From the NCBI GenBank assembly GCA_965219995.1, contig CBDCOX010000002.1:5152001-5216000 (forward strand): a stretch of DNA of 64,000 nucleotides, written 5' to 3'. Below the pieces are notes generated by a model that was not told the DNA's origin, searched no databases, and worked only from the letters and a program-made list of their open reading frames with translations. The position numbers and the translations under genes were made by a program. Source of the DNA: Candidatus Latescibacterota bacterium (GTDB lineage Bacteria; Latescibacterota; UBA2968; GCA-2709665). Numbering within the stretch: position 1 is the stretch's first letter; the number at the start of each line of letters is the position of its first letter. This document shows positions 50,114 through 58,990 of the stretch, one piece after another.

Positions 50114-51396
50114 GCTTGCTCCGTCCCGCCCTCCGGGTCGCCTTCGAGGTCACGGTCCTCGCGGTAGTCGGGGGCGAACTGCTCCGTCTCGGTCTCCGGC
50201 ACGGCCTCGGGAACGAGTCGGCGAAGATCCCACGCGTTGATGGCGGCGCGGACCTTGTAACGCATCCGGCCCTGGAAGCCCGCGCCTCCGGCGTCCAGAT
50301 CGAGCGTCGGCGCCGCCCAGCCATGCGCCTTGCCGTAGATGCCCCGCAACCGCTCGACCGCCTGCGTCACGTCCACGTCCGTCGGCGCACGCAACGTTAC
50401 GCAGTCGTCGCGCAATGCCCGCATGCCCGCTTCGGCCAGATTCGCGAGGTGTGCGTGACGCAGGCTGCCGAGCAGTCGCGGACGTACGTTGTCGCAGTCC
50501 TGCTTGCCGTCCGCGCTGATGACGGCCGACGCGAAGTCCTCGGTCAGCGCACCCGCCACGGCGATGCCCCCCTGGGGGCCGTCGTCTTCTCCCAACCAAC
50601 GCGCCACTTCCGCGTAGGCACGCCCGCGTTGAAGGATCGAATAGGAGCCGATGAGTTCCAGCTCGTCCAGCAGGACGACCCATCCTCGATACCCGGCGCC
50701 CTTCACGAGTTCCAGCGCGAAACGGAGCCGCTGTCCCGGCAACTCCGCGGCGCGCGGCGCCCGGAAGCGGTGTCGCTGCAACTGTCCTATCTCCCGCAGC
50801 CCAGCGCGCACCCGGGATAGCAGGATACGGTCCCCGGCCCAGAAGGACTCGATCGCCCTCTTCAGGTCCGGGTCCCCGGAGTCCTGGTAGACGGTGAGCG
50901 TTGCCGGGAATATGCCGCTCAGCATCCCGCCGGCTGCCGCTTCCTCCGCCCATCGCAAGAGGGCGTACTCTCTTCCCGACGCCCGCAGAGCCTCCCCCAG
51001 TTCCTCGATCAGCCGGCCGCCCCGGTCCGGCATGAGGGCGCTCTCGATGGCTGCGGCGAACACCTTCCCCAGATCGTAAAGCGGGGTTTCCTTGCTCACG
51101 GCGACCTTGCTGCATACGAAGCCCTGCGCGAGCGCGAGTTCCTGAAAGTGCGCGAGCACGTGCGACTTTCCGGAACCGAAGTCGCCAGAGAGGAGCATGC
51201 CGCGGTGTCCGTCCGGAGCGGCGTCGAGGAGCGTCCGAAACCGCGCCTCCGCAGCCTCCTGATTGCAGCCGAGCAGGCGCACGGCAGCGCGGTTCGGCAC
51301 TCCGTTGCGCAGCGCCTCGAGGGCTTGCCGGCAGTCGCGTTGCGAGGCGTCGGCGGCCTCTCCGGGCCGGATGCCGGTGGCGTGCTGCCGGCTCAC
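50110..51396 (-). CDS. BrxD/DUF2791-like P-loop ATPase
   Basis: ALEALRNGVP, GDFGSGKSH (Walker A), SKETPL and GWVVLLDELE (Walker B). Confidence 0.82.
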   Translation of the reverse strand: MSRQHATGIRPGEAADASQRDCRQALEALRNGVPNRAAVRLLGCNQEAAEARFRTLLDAAPDGHRGMLLSGDFGSGKSHVLAHFQELALAQGFVCSKVAVSKETPLYDLGKVFAAAIESALMPDRGGRLIEELGEALRASGREYALLRWAEEAAAGGMLSGIFPATLTVYQDSGDPDLKRAIESFWAGDRILLSRVRAGLREIGQLQRHRFRAPRAAELPGQRLRFALELVKGAGYRGWVVLLDELELIGSYSILQRGRAYAEVARWLGEDDGPQGGIAVAGALTEDFASAVISADGKQDCDNVRPRLLGSLRHAHLANLAEAGMRALRDDCVTLRAPTDVDVTQAVERLRGIYGKAHGWAAPTLDLDAGGAGFQGRMRYKVRAAINAWDLRRLVPEAVPETETEQFAPDYREDRDLEGDPEGGTEQA

Positions 51397-52364
51397 GGCG
51401 GCGCGCCCTCCAGGCCGAGTCGCACCAGCGCCGCCATCGGATTGACGTGGCGGCGGTCCCGCACGTCATCCATCACGCGCGTACGCAACGCGTCGTAGAT
51501 GCGCCAGCCGCGCGGCGCCTGATCGTCCACGAAGTCCGGGCTCGTCGCGACGATCAGCAGCGTGCCCGTCAGGCGGTCGATACCGTCGACGAACTCGCGC
51601 AGCAGTTCGTAGTGATCGATCGTCATGGCTCGCGTGTAGTAACGTGCTCCGTCCCGCGGGTTGCGCGCCACCGTGACACGGCTGGTGTCGAAGACGATGG
51701 CGGTGCCCGTGTAGGCGCTGGCCGCCAGCCACCGGAGGGCGGACTCCATGAAGTAGCGGGCCGTGGTCCGATTGATCGGCGTGCCGATCGAGAAGGGCCG
51801 CAGGGGGCCTATGCGGTTGTTCTCGCCGGTCAGCCAGTCCAGCAGGGGCTGACAGGCATCACGCCCACCCCCGGCGCCGCACTCCGCCATGCAAAGGTGA
51901 TACATCGCCCTGCGGAAGTCCCGTCCCATGCCCGGGTCGTCCAGGACGCGACCCTGCACTTCGCGCCGCAGCTCCAGCAGCACCGTCTGGACGGTCAGCC
52001 CGCTCTGCGCCCCGATGCCCTCGGCGACCGGCGTCGTCTCCTCCACGCCGTCCGCGACCATTCCCAGACCCGCGGCGAGGGCCAGGATGCGCCGCCGCGC
52101 GAGCAGCCACCAGTCGATCCGCGTCGCTATCGCGTGAAACACATCCTGCGGCATGTGGGCGCGGCAATCGCGGGCGTCGACCCGGACCGCGAAGTACCCC
52201 CGTTCGACACAACGCTGCGCCAGCCCCCGCGCCAGCTGCCGCCGCTCGGTCTCGTCGCCGACCGCGATCTTGAACGCGGCGCCGCCCTCCGCAACAAAAG
52301 TCCGCAAGTACTCGCGGTCCAGAACGTCGAGCCAACGCTCGACAGATATGCCGTGCTGCATCAA
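51393..52364 (-). CDS. BrxD/DUF2791-like protein with degenerate P-loop
   Basis: YLRTFVAEGGAAFKIAV, YELLREFVD and IYDALRTRV family features. GKS/T is absent and the Walker-B region reads IVFDTS. Confidence 0.65.
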   Translation of the reverse strand: MMQHGISVERWLDVLDREYLRTFVAEGGAAFKIAVGDETERRQLARGLAQRCVERGYFAVRVDARDCRAHMPQDVFHAIATRIDWWLLARRRILALAAGLGMVADGVEETTPVAEGIGAQSGLTVQTVLLELRREVQGRVLDDPGMGRDFRRAMYHLCMAECGAGGGRDACQPLLDWLTGENNRIGPLRPFSIGTPINRTTARYFMESALRWLAASAYTGTAIVFDTSRVTVARNPRDGARYYTRAMTIDHYELLREFVDGIDRLTGTLLIVATSPDFVDDQAPRGWRIYDALRTRVMDDVRDRRHVNPMAALVRLGLEGAPP

Positions 52365-53161
52365 CCTGCGTCGCTGAACTTGACGCCGTAGTACTCGAGG
52401 TTCTCCCCGGCCGGATCGACGAACGAGAACAGGTCCGCCGAACGAACCCGCGTTCCGGTCGAGGCGGGGAACGACACGACGAAGCCTCTTCTGGTCTCCC
52501 GCGGTCCCTTGGCATCGAGCGTGTAGATGTCCCGCGCGAAGTCGCTACGGTCGTAGTCCCGGCTCGCGCCCGGCAGGGCCGTCAGGACCTTGTAGATGCG
52601 TGCCAGCGGCAAGACGCGGCCACCGCCGCTCCCCGCCAGGTCCCCGCCCGCCTCCCGCAGCAGCTCGTCGTAAACCAGGTACAGCGTCTCGAGGAAGCGC
52701 GCGGGTGCAAAGCCGCTGGTCCGGCGCTGGTTACGCAGGAGTTGGGCCGCCAGGAACGAGGGACGGATACTCCTCAGGCGCTTGCGGTCGACCCGGACGG
52801 CGCGTTCCGCAGGCAGGATGCGCACCATGGACGGGTACGCGACCAGATAGCCGTCCCGCTCGTGGAGCGTCACCCCCGCCGCTTCCGCCGCCCCGCGCAG
52901 TTCTTCCGCGTATCCCGCCTCGAGGTATGCCTCTTCCTCCTGCGGCGCGAAAGGCCAGGCGGCGCCCGCGGTACGTACTTCGCCGTCAAGGGCTGCGCAT
53001 GCCAGGTCGAGATCCGCCTGGGCCTTGCGTAGCGCGCCGATGTTGCCCTCCCGAGCGGCTTTCGCCATTGCCCGGGCCTTGCCGGCGACGCCGGCCGCCG
53101 CCTTGCGAGTCGCCTCCGCGACCGCCTCCGCGCCCTCGAAAGCCTGTTCGATCACGTGCAT
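52361..53161 (-). CDS. Conserved-looking hypothetical protein (N-terminal coiled coil)
   Basis: Strong coding bias; first gene of the 4-nt-overlapped operon; RPSFLA and YDRSDFARDIYTLD segments. Confidence 0.75.
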   Translation of the reverse strand: MHVIEQAFEGAEAVAEATRKAAAGVAGKARAMAKAAREGNIGALRKAQADLDLACAALDGEVRTAGAAWPFAPQEEEAYLEAGYAEELRGAAEAAGVTLHERDGYLVAYPSMVRILPAERAVRVDRKRLRSIRPSFLAAQLLRNQRRTSGFAPARFLETLYLVYDELLREAGGDLAGSGGGRVLPLARIYKVLTALPGASRDYDRSDFARDIYTLDAKGPRETRRGFVVSFPASTGTRVRSADLFSFVDPAGENLEYYGVKFSDAG

Positions 53162-53333
53162 CCTGCGTCCCGCCCGTTGCTCGACCGGAATATAGCATCG
53201 CGATCCGCCGCCGGTTCAACGGTCCGGCCGGCGCCACGCCCCCGGAGAGTTCTTGCCAGGATCTGCTCTCGGGGTCGAACGGCCTCCGGCTGTCTGCGGT
53301 TAGACTGCGCATCCGCTCGGACCTGGAGCACAC

Positions 53334-54254
53334 ATGAACTCACCCCCGCGCGCAATGGGCATCCTGCTCACTGCACTTTGCTGTGCGGCGTGGCCCACCG
53401 CCGCCGACCTTCTCGACCGCGTCGAGCACAAGTACGCCGACAACGACGGCGTCTCCATCCACTACGCCCTCGCGGGGGAAGGCCCCCTCGTCGTCGCGAT
53501 CCACGGATTTCCGGACTTCTGGTACACGTGGCGCGACCAGATGGAGGCGCTGGAAGGGGACTACCGCATCGCGGCGGTCGACCTGCGCGGCTACAACCTG
53601 AGTGACCAGCCCGAAGGCGTCGCGAGCTACGCGATGCCGAACCTGGTGGCCGACATCGCGGCGGTCATCGCCGCCGAGGGCGAGGACTCCGCGGTCGTCG
53701 TCGGGCACGACTGGGGCGGAGCGATCACCTGGAACGTCGCCATGGCGCGACCGGACCTGGTCGATGCGCTCGTGATCCTCAACCTGCCCCACCCGGCGGG
53801 GCTCAGCCGGGAACTCGCGACCAATCCCCAGCAGCAGGAGAACAGCCAGTACGCGCGGAACTTCCAGCAACCCGATGCGCACACCTACCTGACCGCCGAG
53901 GCGCTGACGGGGTGGGTGCGGGACGAGACCGCCAAGGCGCACTACGTCGCCGCTTTCGAACGGTCCGACTTCGAAGCGATGCTGAACTACTACAAGGCCA
54001 ACTATCCTCGAGCCTCGGGCGACGCGATGGCGCCGGGACCGGAGTTCCCCAAGGTGCAGGCTCCCGTGCTGATGTTCCACGGCCTCGACGACCAGGCGCT
54101 GCTGCCGGGCGGCCTGAACGGAACCTGGGACTGGCTGGAGCGCGACCTCACCCTGGTGACCATCCCCGGCGCCGGGCACTTCGTGCAGCAGGACGCGAGC
54201 CGGCTCGTGTCCGAGACGATGGAGGACTGGCTGGGACGGCGGGTGGGAGGTTGA
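53334..54254 (+). CDS. Epoxide-hydrolase-like alpha/beta hydrolase (exported)
   Basis: [25 protein letters not shown] and AGHFVQ motifs. Confidence 0.92.
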   Translation: MNSPPRAMGILLTALCCAAWPTAADLLDRVEHKYADNDGVSIHYALAGEGPLVVAIHGFPDFWYTWRDQMEALEGDYRIAAVDLRGYNLSDQPEGVASYAMPNLVADIAAVIAAEGEDSAVVVGHDWGGAITWNVAMARPDLVDALVILNLPHPAGLSRELATNPQQQENSQYARNFQQPDAHTYLTAEALTGWVRDETAKAHYVAAFERSDFEAMLNYYKANYPRASGDAMAPGPEFPKVQAPVLMFHGLDDQALLPGGLNGTWDWLERDLTLVTIPGAGHFVQQDASRLVSETMEDWLGRRVGG

Positions 54255-54469
54255 ACGCGAACCGCGCCGGACCCAGGGTGGCCTCACGCCAGTTTCCGAA
54301 AGCGAAACAACCCGATCCGCTATTTCGATTTCGGCGCTAAATCAAGATAAGCCGGCGGCTCGCCGTTCGGTGCGACAATCGGACTCCAGGGCCTCCGTCG
54401 ACGCCAGGGGAGCAGTCGCCGCGAACCTGTGAAGCAGGCTTTCCACCACGCGAACCGGAGAACCCCGAT

Positions 54470-55303
54470 ATGAGCCTCAAGGAATTCGACCTCGCGGGCC
54501 GCACCGCCATCGTCACCGGGGCCGCCCGCGGCATCGGGAAGGGCATCGCGCTGACCCTGGCCGACGCCGGGGCGGACGTCGTGGCGACGGACGTGCTGCC
54601 GGAGATCGAGCAGACGAGCGAGGAGATCCGGGAGAGGGGCCGCCGCAGCCTGGCCATTCCGACGGACGTGCGCCAGACGGAGCAGGTGGACGCGATGGTG
54701 GAAGCGACCGTCGCGGAGTTCGGCAAGGTCGACATCCTGGTCTCCAACGCGGGCATAGACATCAAGAAGCCGCTCATCCTGGTGGACGGCGGCTCCCCAC
54801 TGCGGATGCGCGCCGATGCGCACTTCGACTCACCCCTCCTCGAGGAGGAGTGGGAGGCGATGCTGGACATCAACCTGAAGGGCTACGTGCGCTGCGCCAT
54901 CGCGGTCGGCCGCCACATGATCGAGCAGAAGAGCGGCCGGATCATCGCGATCGGTTCCGTCGCCGGCCTGCGCGCCGGGGACATCGGCACCATCTACGCC
55001 GCCTCCAAGGCCGGCGTGCACCAGTTCTCGTGCGCGCTGTCGCGGGAGTGGTCGCCGTTCAACATCACGGTGAACTGCATCGCCCCCGGCGCCATCGGTC
55101 CCACCGAGTCGTGGTACGTGCCCTCCTGGAACATCTCCCGCGAGGAACACGAGGAGAGCTTCAGGCGCGTGGTCCGGAGCGTTCCCCTCAAGCGATTCGG
55201 TTCCACGCGGGAACTGGGCATGCTCACGGTCTTCCTGGCGTCGGAAGCCGGCGCCTACATCAGCGGGCAGGTCATCGCCCACGACGGCGGATTCAGCGCC
55301 TGA
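54470..55303 (+). CDS. SDR family oxidoreductase
   Basis: TGAARGIG, SNAG and YAASK motifs. Confidence 0.92.
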   Translation: MSLKEFDLAGRTAIVTGAARGIGKGIALTLADAGADVVATDVLPEIEQTSEEIRERGRRSLAIPTDVRQTEQVDAMVEATVAEFGKVDILVSNAGIDIKKPLILVDGGSPLRMRADAHFDSPLLEEEWEAMLDINLKGYVRCAIAVGRHMIEQKSGRIIAIGSVAGLRAGDIGTIYAASKAGVHQFSCALSREWSPFNITVNCIAPGAIGPTESWYVPSWNISREEHEESFRRVVRSVPLKRFGSTRELGMLTVFLASEAGAYISGQVIAHDGGFSA

Positions 55304-55329
55304 GCGCCGGCGCGAACAAGAGAGGCGGC

Positions 55330-56265
55330 ATGGACATTCCCGAAGAGAAGCTCCTCTGGATGTACCGGACGATGGTCACGACGAGAAAGCTCTACGAGAC
55401 GATGTACGAGATGTACCGGCACGGGTCGAGCCTCGGCAACTTCGTCGCCGGCGAAGGCGAGGAGGCCATCCCCGCGGCCATCTGCGCGAACCTCCGGCGC
55501 GAAGACTCCTACAAGCCCAACTTCCGGCAGACGAGCTGCCTGTTCGCCAAGGAAGGCTACGAGCTCGCGGACATCTTTTCGGGGAACCTCTTCGATGCCG
55601 AGCGCGGCTACCTGGGCTTCAGCCTGGCCCTCGGCGAGGACGTGGGCGTCTACACCGGCTTCGCCCTCGCGGCGCAGATGCGTGGGACCGACCAGGTGTG
55701 CGTCTGCACGTTCGGGGAGGGCACGGCGAGCAAGGGCTCCATCCACGAGGCGATGGTCGTCGCCGCCGCGTGGCAGCTGCCGATCGTCTTCGTGCTGCAG
55801 AACAACCAGTACTGCGGCGGGACCCGGTACTCGAAGGTGTACCGGTTCGACGACCTCGCCGACCGTGCCCGGGGCTACGGCATCCCGGGGCGCAGCGTGG
55901 ACGGGAACGACGTGATCGCGACCTACGCGGTCGTCCGGGAGTTCGTCGAGCGGGCCCGAACGGGCGGCGGCCCGGGCCTGATCGTGGCGGAGACGTATCG
56001 CCTGAGCCCGTATTTCGAGCGGGCTCCCGGCGAGATCGTCATCGAAGGGTACCGGCCCGACGGCGAACTCGAGGAGGCGCGCGGGAACGATCCCATCCCC
56101 CGGTTCCGCAAGACGCTCTCCGAGCTGGGTCTGCTGACCGTCGGGGATGTCGAGCGGATCGACCGGGACGTGGAGGACGAGATCGCGCGGGCCATGTCGG
56201 ACGGCAGACAGCGGCCCAGGGTCGACTACGACCAGTACATCCAGTACGCGGTCGCCGAGCTGTAG
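55330..56265 (+). CDS. TPP-dependent dehydrogenase E1 alpha-like subunit (divergent)
   Basis: FGEGTASKG..HEAM..AAAWQLPIVFVLQNNQY, VDGNDV and GPGLIVAETYR motifs. Confidence 0.85.
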   Translation: MDIPEEKLLWMYRTMVTTRKLYETMYEMYRHGSSLGNFVAGEGEEAIPAAICANLRREDSYKPNFRQTSCLFAKEGYELADIFSGNLFDAERGYLGFSLALGEDVGVYTGFALAAQMRGTDQVCVCTFGEGTASKGSIHEAMVVAAAWQLPIVFVLQNNQYCGGTRYSKVYRFDDLADRARGYGIPGRSVDGNDVIATYAVVREFVERARTGGGPGLIVAETYRLSPYFERAPGEIVIEGYRPDGELEEARGNDPIPRFRKTLSELGLLTVGDVERIDRDVEDEIARAMSDGRQRPRVDYDQYIQYAVAEL

Positions 56266-56302
56266 GCGGTCTGGCCGGGCAGGCCAAGCGGAGGAGAGGA
56301 CG

Positions 56303-57337
56303 GTGGCGGCGAATCCCGAAGCGAAAGTGCGGATGCTCGACTGCGGCGAGGCGATCAACGCCGCGTTCCGCGAAGAGATGCGCCGCGACGAGCGGGTGGT
56401 GATGTGGGGCGAGGACGTGATCACCATGGAGTCGCCCACCGCCGGCGCGGACCTCTGCACGCGGGGCCTGTTCGAGGAGTTCGGCGGCGACCGGATCCGC
56501 GACACCCCGGTGGTCGAGGCGGCGATCATCGAGACCGCGATCGGCGCGGCGCTGGCGGGGCTTCGGCCCATCGCCCACGTGATGACGGGCGGCTTCCAGA
56601 TGGGCTGCTTCGACCCGATCTTCGCCCGGCTCGGCACGGCGTACCAGGAGTGGAAGCATCCCGGTACGCTGCCGGTGGTGGTCATGGCCTCCGTCCTCGG
56701 CGGGGCGGCAAAGGGGGCGGACCACGCCCTGTCGCCCGAGGCCCTGTTCATGCACAGCCCGGGGCTGAAGGTCGTCATGCCGTCCACCGCGTACGACACC
56801 AAGGGACTGCTGAAGACCGCGATTCGCGACGACTTCCCCGTGATGTTCTACACCCACCGGGAGGTCATGATCCGCGAAAAGAAGGAAGCGATACCGGACG
56901 AGGAGTACCTGATCCCGTTCGGTCAGGCCCACGTCAAGCGGAACGGGGAGGACGTGACGATCGTGACCTGGTCGGGCATGGTCCTGCGCGCCCTCGCGGC
57001 CGCGGAGGAGCTCGCCGGCGAGGGCATCCGCGCCGAAGTGGTCGACCTGCGCACCCTCGTGCCGATGGATGTCGACACGATAGTCACGTCCGTCCGGAAG
57101 ACGGGCGCGCTCCTCATCGTGCACGAGGCCATGAAACGCGCGGGGGCCGCGGGCGAGGTCGCCATGCGCGTGGCCGAGGCCGCCCCCGACGTCGTGCGCA
57201 CCCTCAAGGCGCCCATACGCCGGCTCGCGGCGAAGAACGTCGCGCTACCCACGAGTCTCAGGATCGAGCGCCGGTTGGTGCCGCAGGTCGGGGACATCGT
57301 CCAGGCGGCGCAGGACCTGGTTCAGGAGAGCAAGTAG
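56303..57337 (+). CDS. TPP-dependent dehydrogenase E1 beta-like subunit
   Basis: GEDV, RIRDTPVVE, PGLKVVMPSTAYD and EVVDLRTLVPMD motifs. Confidence 0.9.
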   Translation: MAANPEAKVRMLDCGEAINAAFREEMRRDERVVMWGEDVITMESPTAGADLCTRGLFEEFGGDRIRDTPVVEAAIIETAIGAALAGLRPIAHVMTGGFQMGCFDPIFARLGTAYQEWKHPGTLPVVVMASVLGGAAKGADHALSPEALFMHSPGLKVVMPSTAYDTKGLLKTAIRDDFPVMFYTHREVMIREKKEAIPDEEYLIPFGQAHVKRNGEDVTIVTWSGMVLRALAAAEELAGEGIRAEVVDLRTLVPMDVDTIVTSVRKTGALLIVHEAMKRAGAAGEVAMRVAEAAPDVVRTLKAPIRRLAAKNVALPTSLRIERRLVPQVGDIVQAAQDLVQESK

Positions 57338-58144
57338 ATGGCGAAGCTGCTGTACGAAGTGAAGGACGGGATCGCCTGGACCCGGTTCAACCGGCCGGAG
57401 ATCCTGAACGCGCTGGACTCCGACGAACTCGGCGCGTTCGTGCGGGCGCTCCAGGAAGCCGCGGACGATCCAGAGGTCAAGGCGATCGTCATCTCGAGCG
57501 TCGGCGACTCGTTCTGCGCCGGCGAGGACCTGAAGAACGCCCTCAGGGAGTACCCGCTGCTCCAGACCGGCGAGATGCACCCCATTCTCGACATCGTCGA
57601 GGACATCACCGAGGGCCTGCAGGCCATCCCCCGCATCATCCGCATGGCGCGCAAGGTCGTGATCGCGTCGGTCCGCGGACTCGCGGTGGGCGGCGGCTTC
57701 GAGATCGCGATCGACTCGGACCTGATCGTGGCCGCCGAGAGCGCCCGCTTCGGCTTCCCGGAAGGCAACGCCGGCATGACGATCACCGGCGCCGCCACGA
57801 AGCTGCTGCCGCTCAGTATCGGCCTGCACCGCGCCCGCGAGCTCGCCCTGACCGGCGAGTTCATCGACGCCGCCGAGGCCTATCGGATCGGTCTCGTGAA
57901 CCGGCTCGTGCCAACGGGGGAGGAAGACGCCGAGGCCGAGCGGCTCGCCCGGCGCATCATGACGCGGGCGCCGTTCTCCGTCGTCAACCACAAGCGCCTG
58001 CTGCAGAACGCGGCGGAGATCGGCTTCGAGGCGACCCTCGAACTCGAGAAGCAGACCATCACGAACATGATCTACACCGAGGACTACGGCGAAGCGATCA
58101 CGGCCTTCGGCGAGAAGCGCACGCCCACGTTCAAGGGCCGTTAG
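57338..58144 (+). CDS. Enoyl-CoA hydratase/isomerase family protein
   Basis: FCAGEDL, GLAVGGGFE and FGFPE motifs. Confidence 0.92.
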   Translation: MAKLLYEVKDGIAWTRFNRPEILNALDSDELGAFVRALQEAADDPEVKAIVISSVGDSFCAGEDLKNALREYPLLQTGEMHPILDIVEDITEGLQAIPRIIRMARKVVIASVRGLAVGGGFEIAIDSDLIVAAESARFGFPEGNAGMTITGAATKLLPLSIGLHRARELALTGEFIDAAEAYRIGLVNRLVPTGEEDAEAERLARRIMTRAPFSVVNHKRLLQNAAEIGFEATLELEKQTITNMIYTEDYGEAITAFGEKRTPTFKGR

Positions 58145-58165
58145 CCATCGCCGCCGGGTCGGGCG

Positions 58166-58198
58166 TGTCGGAGGAACGGTATTTCCGACATTCGGAAA
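58166..58198. promoter_or_regulatory. Palindromic putative operator upstream of the AbrB-PIN module
   Basis: TTTCCGA-CAT-TCGGAAA (58182-58198) plus an additional TGTCGGA half-site at 58166. Confidence 0.45.
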
Positions 58199-58240
58199 CT
58201 CTGCTAGCCTGTGCGAGTGTCCGGCCAACCGAGCCTACAG

Positions 58241-58492
58241 GTGCCCCAGACGCTGATCGTATCCAACCGCGGCCAGATCACGCTCCCGGCCGCAACCCGC
58301 AAGCGCCTTGGCATCAAGGGCGGCGATGTCGTCATCATGGAATACAGAGACAACGAAATCGTGCTCAAGCCAGGCGTCGTGCTTGAGGTCGAGATCTACG
58401 CCGACGAGCAGATCGCGGAGTGGGTTGCCGCCGACAGGCTCGATGACGAGGAGCGCGAACGCATCGTCGATGCCGTCACCCGTCCGAAGTGA
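58241..58492 (+). CDS. AbrB/MazE/SpoVT family antitoxin
   Basis: VSNRGQITLPAATRKRLGIKGGD motif. Confidence 0.88.
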   Translation: MPQTLIVSNRGQITLPAATRKRLGIKGGDVVIMEYRDNEIVLKPGVVLEVEIYADEQIAEWVAADRLDDEERERIVDAVTRPK

Positions 58493-58899
58493 AGCTGTTT
58501 CTCGACGCCAACGTCCTGTTCACAGCCGCGCACAACCCAGGAGGCAAGGCGTCGTTGATCATCGAACTCCAGGCGCAGGCCATCTGGGCGCTAGTCACCA
58601 GCACGTTTACCCGTGAAGAAGCGCTACGGAACGTACGCGCGAACGCCCCGGAGGCGGAAGATCGCCTGCGCGCCATTCTGAGAGATCTGGAGGTCGTCGA
58701 GCATCCGCCCGACCTGGAATGCCCGGCGGGTCTCGTGGAGAAGGACCGGCCTGTCTTTCAGGCGGCCCTCGGCTGTGGCGCCAGTCATCTGCTGACCGGC
58801 GATCTCAAGCACTTTGGCCAGTTCATGAACAGGCCGGAGGACACGTCCGGTGTTCACGTCCAGACGGTCGCGGCGTTCCTGGAGTCGCTGAGTGGCTGA
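58489..58899 (+). CDS. PIN-domain toxin
   Basis: LFLDANVLF, KDRPV and LLTGDLKHF motifs; GTGA overlap. Confidence 0.88.
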   Translation: MKLFLDANVLFTAAHNPGGKASLIIELQAQAIWALVTSTFTREEALRNVRANAPEAEDRLRAILRDLEVVEHPPDLECPAGLVEKDRPVFQAALGCGASHLLTGDLKHFGQFMNRPEDTSGVHVQTVAAFLESLSG

Positions 58900-58990
58900 A
58901 GGATCTACGTCGCAGACGTCGCCGAGGTCGCCGTCGTCTGTGGCGCCGTGCGCGGCGGTTACACTCATCGGTTTGCTGACGGGCTAAGCG

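Noticed and set aside
47067-53161. Calling the operon BREX or Shango
   Set aside because: No PglZ, PglX, BrxC or TerB gene is recognisable, and the helicase is SNF2-type rather than Lhr/Ski2-like.
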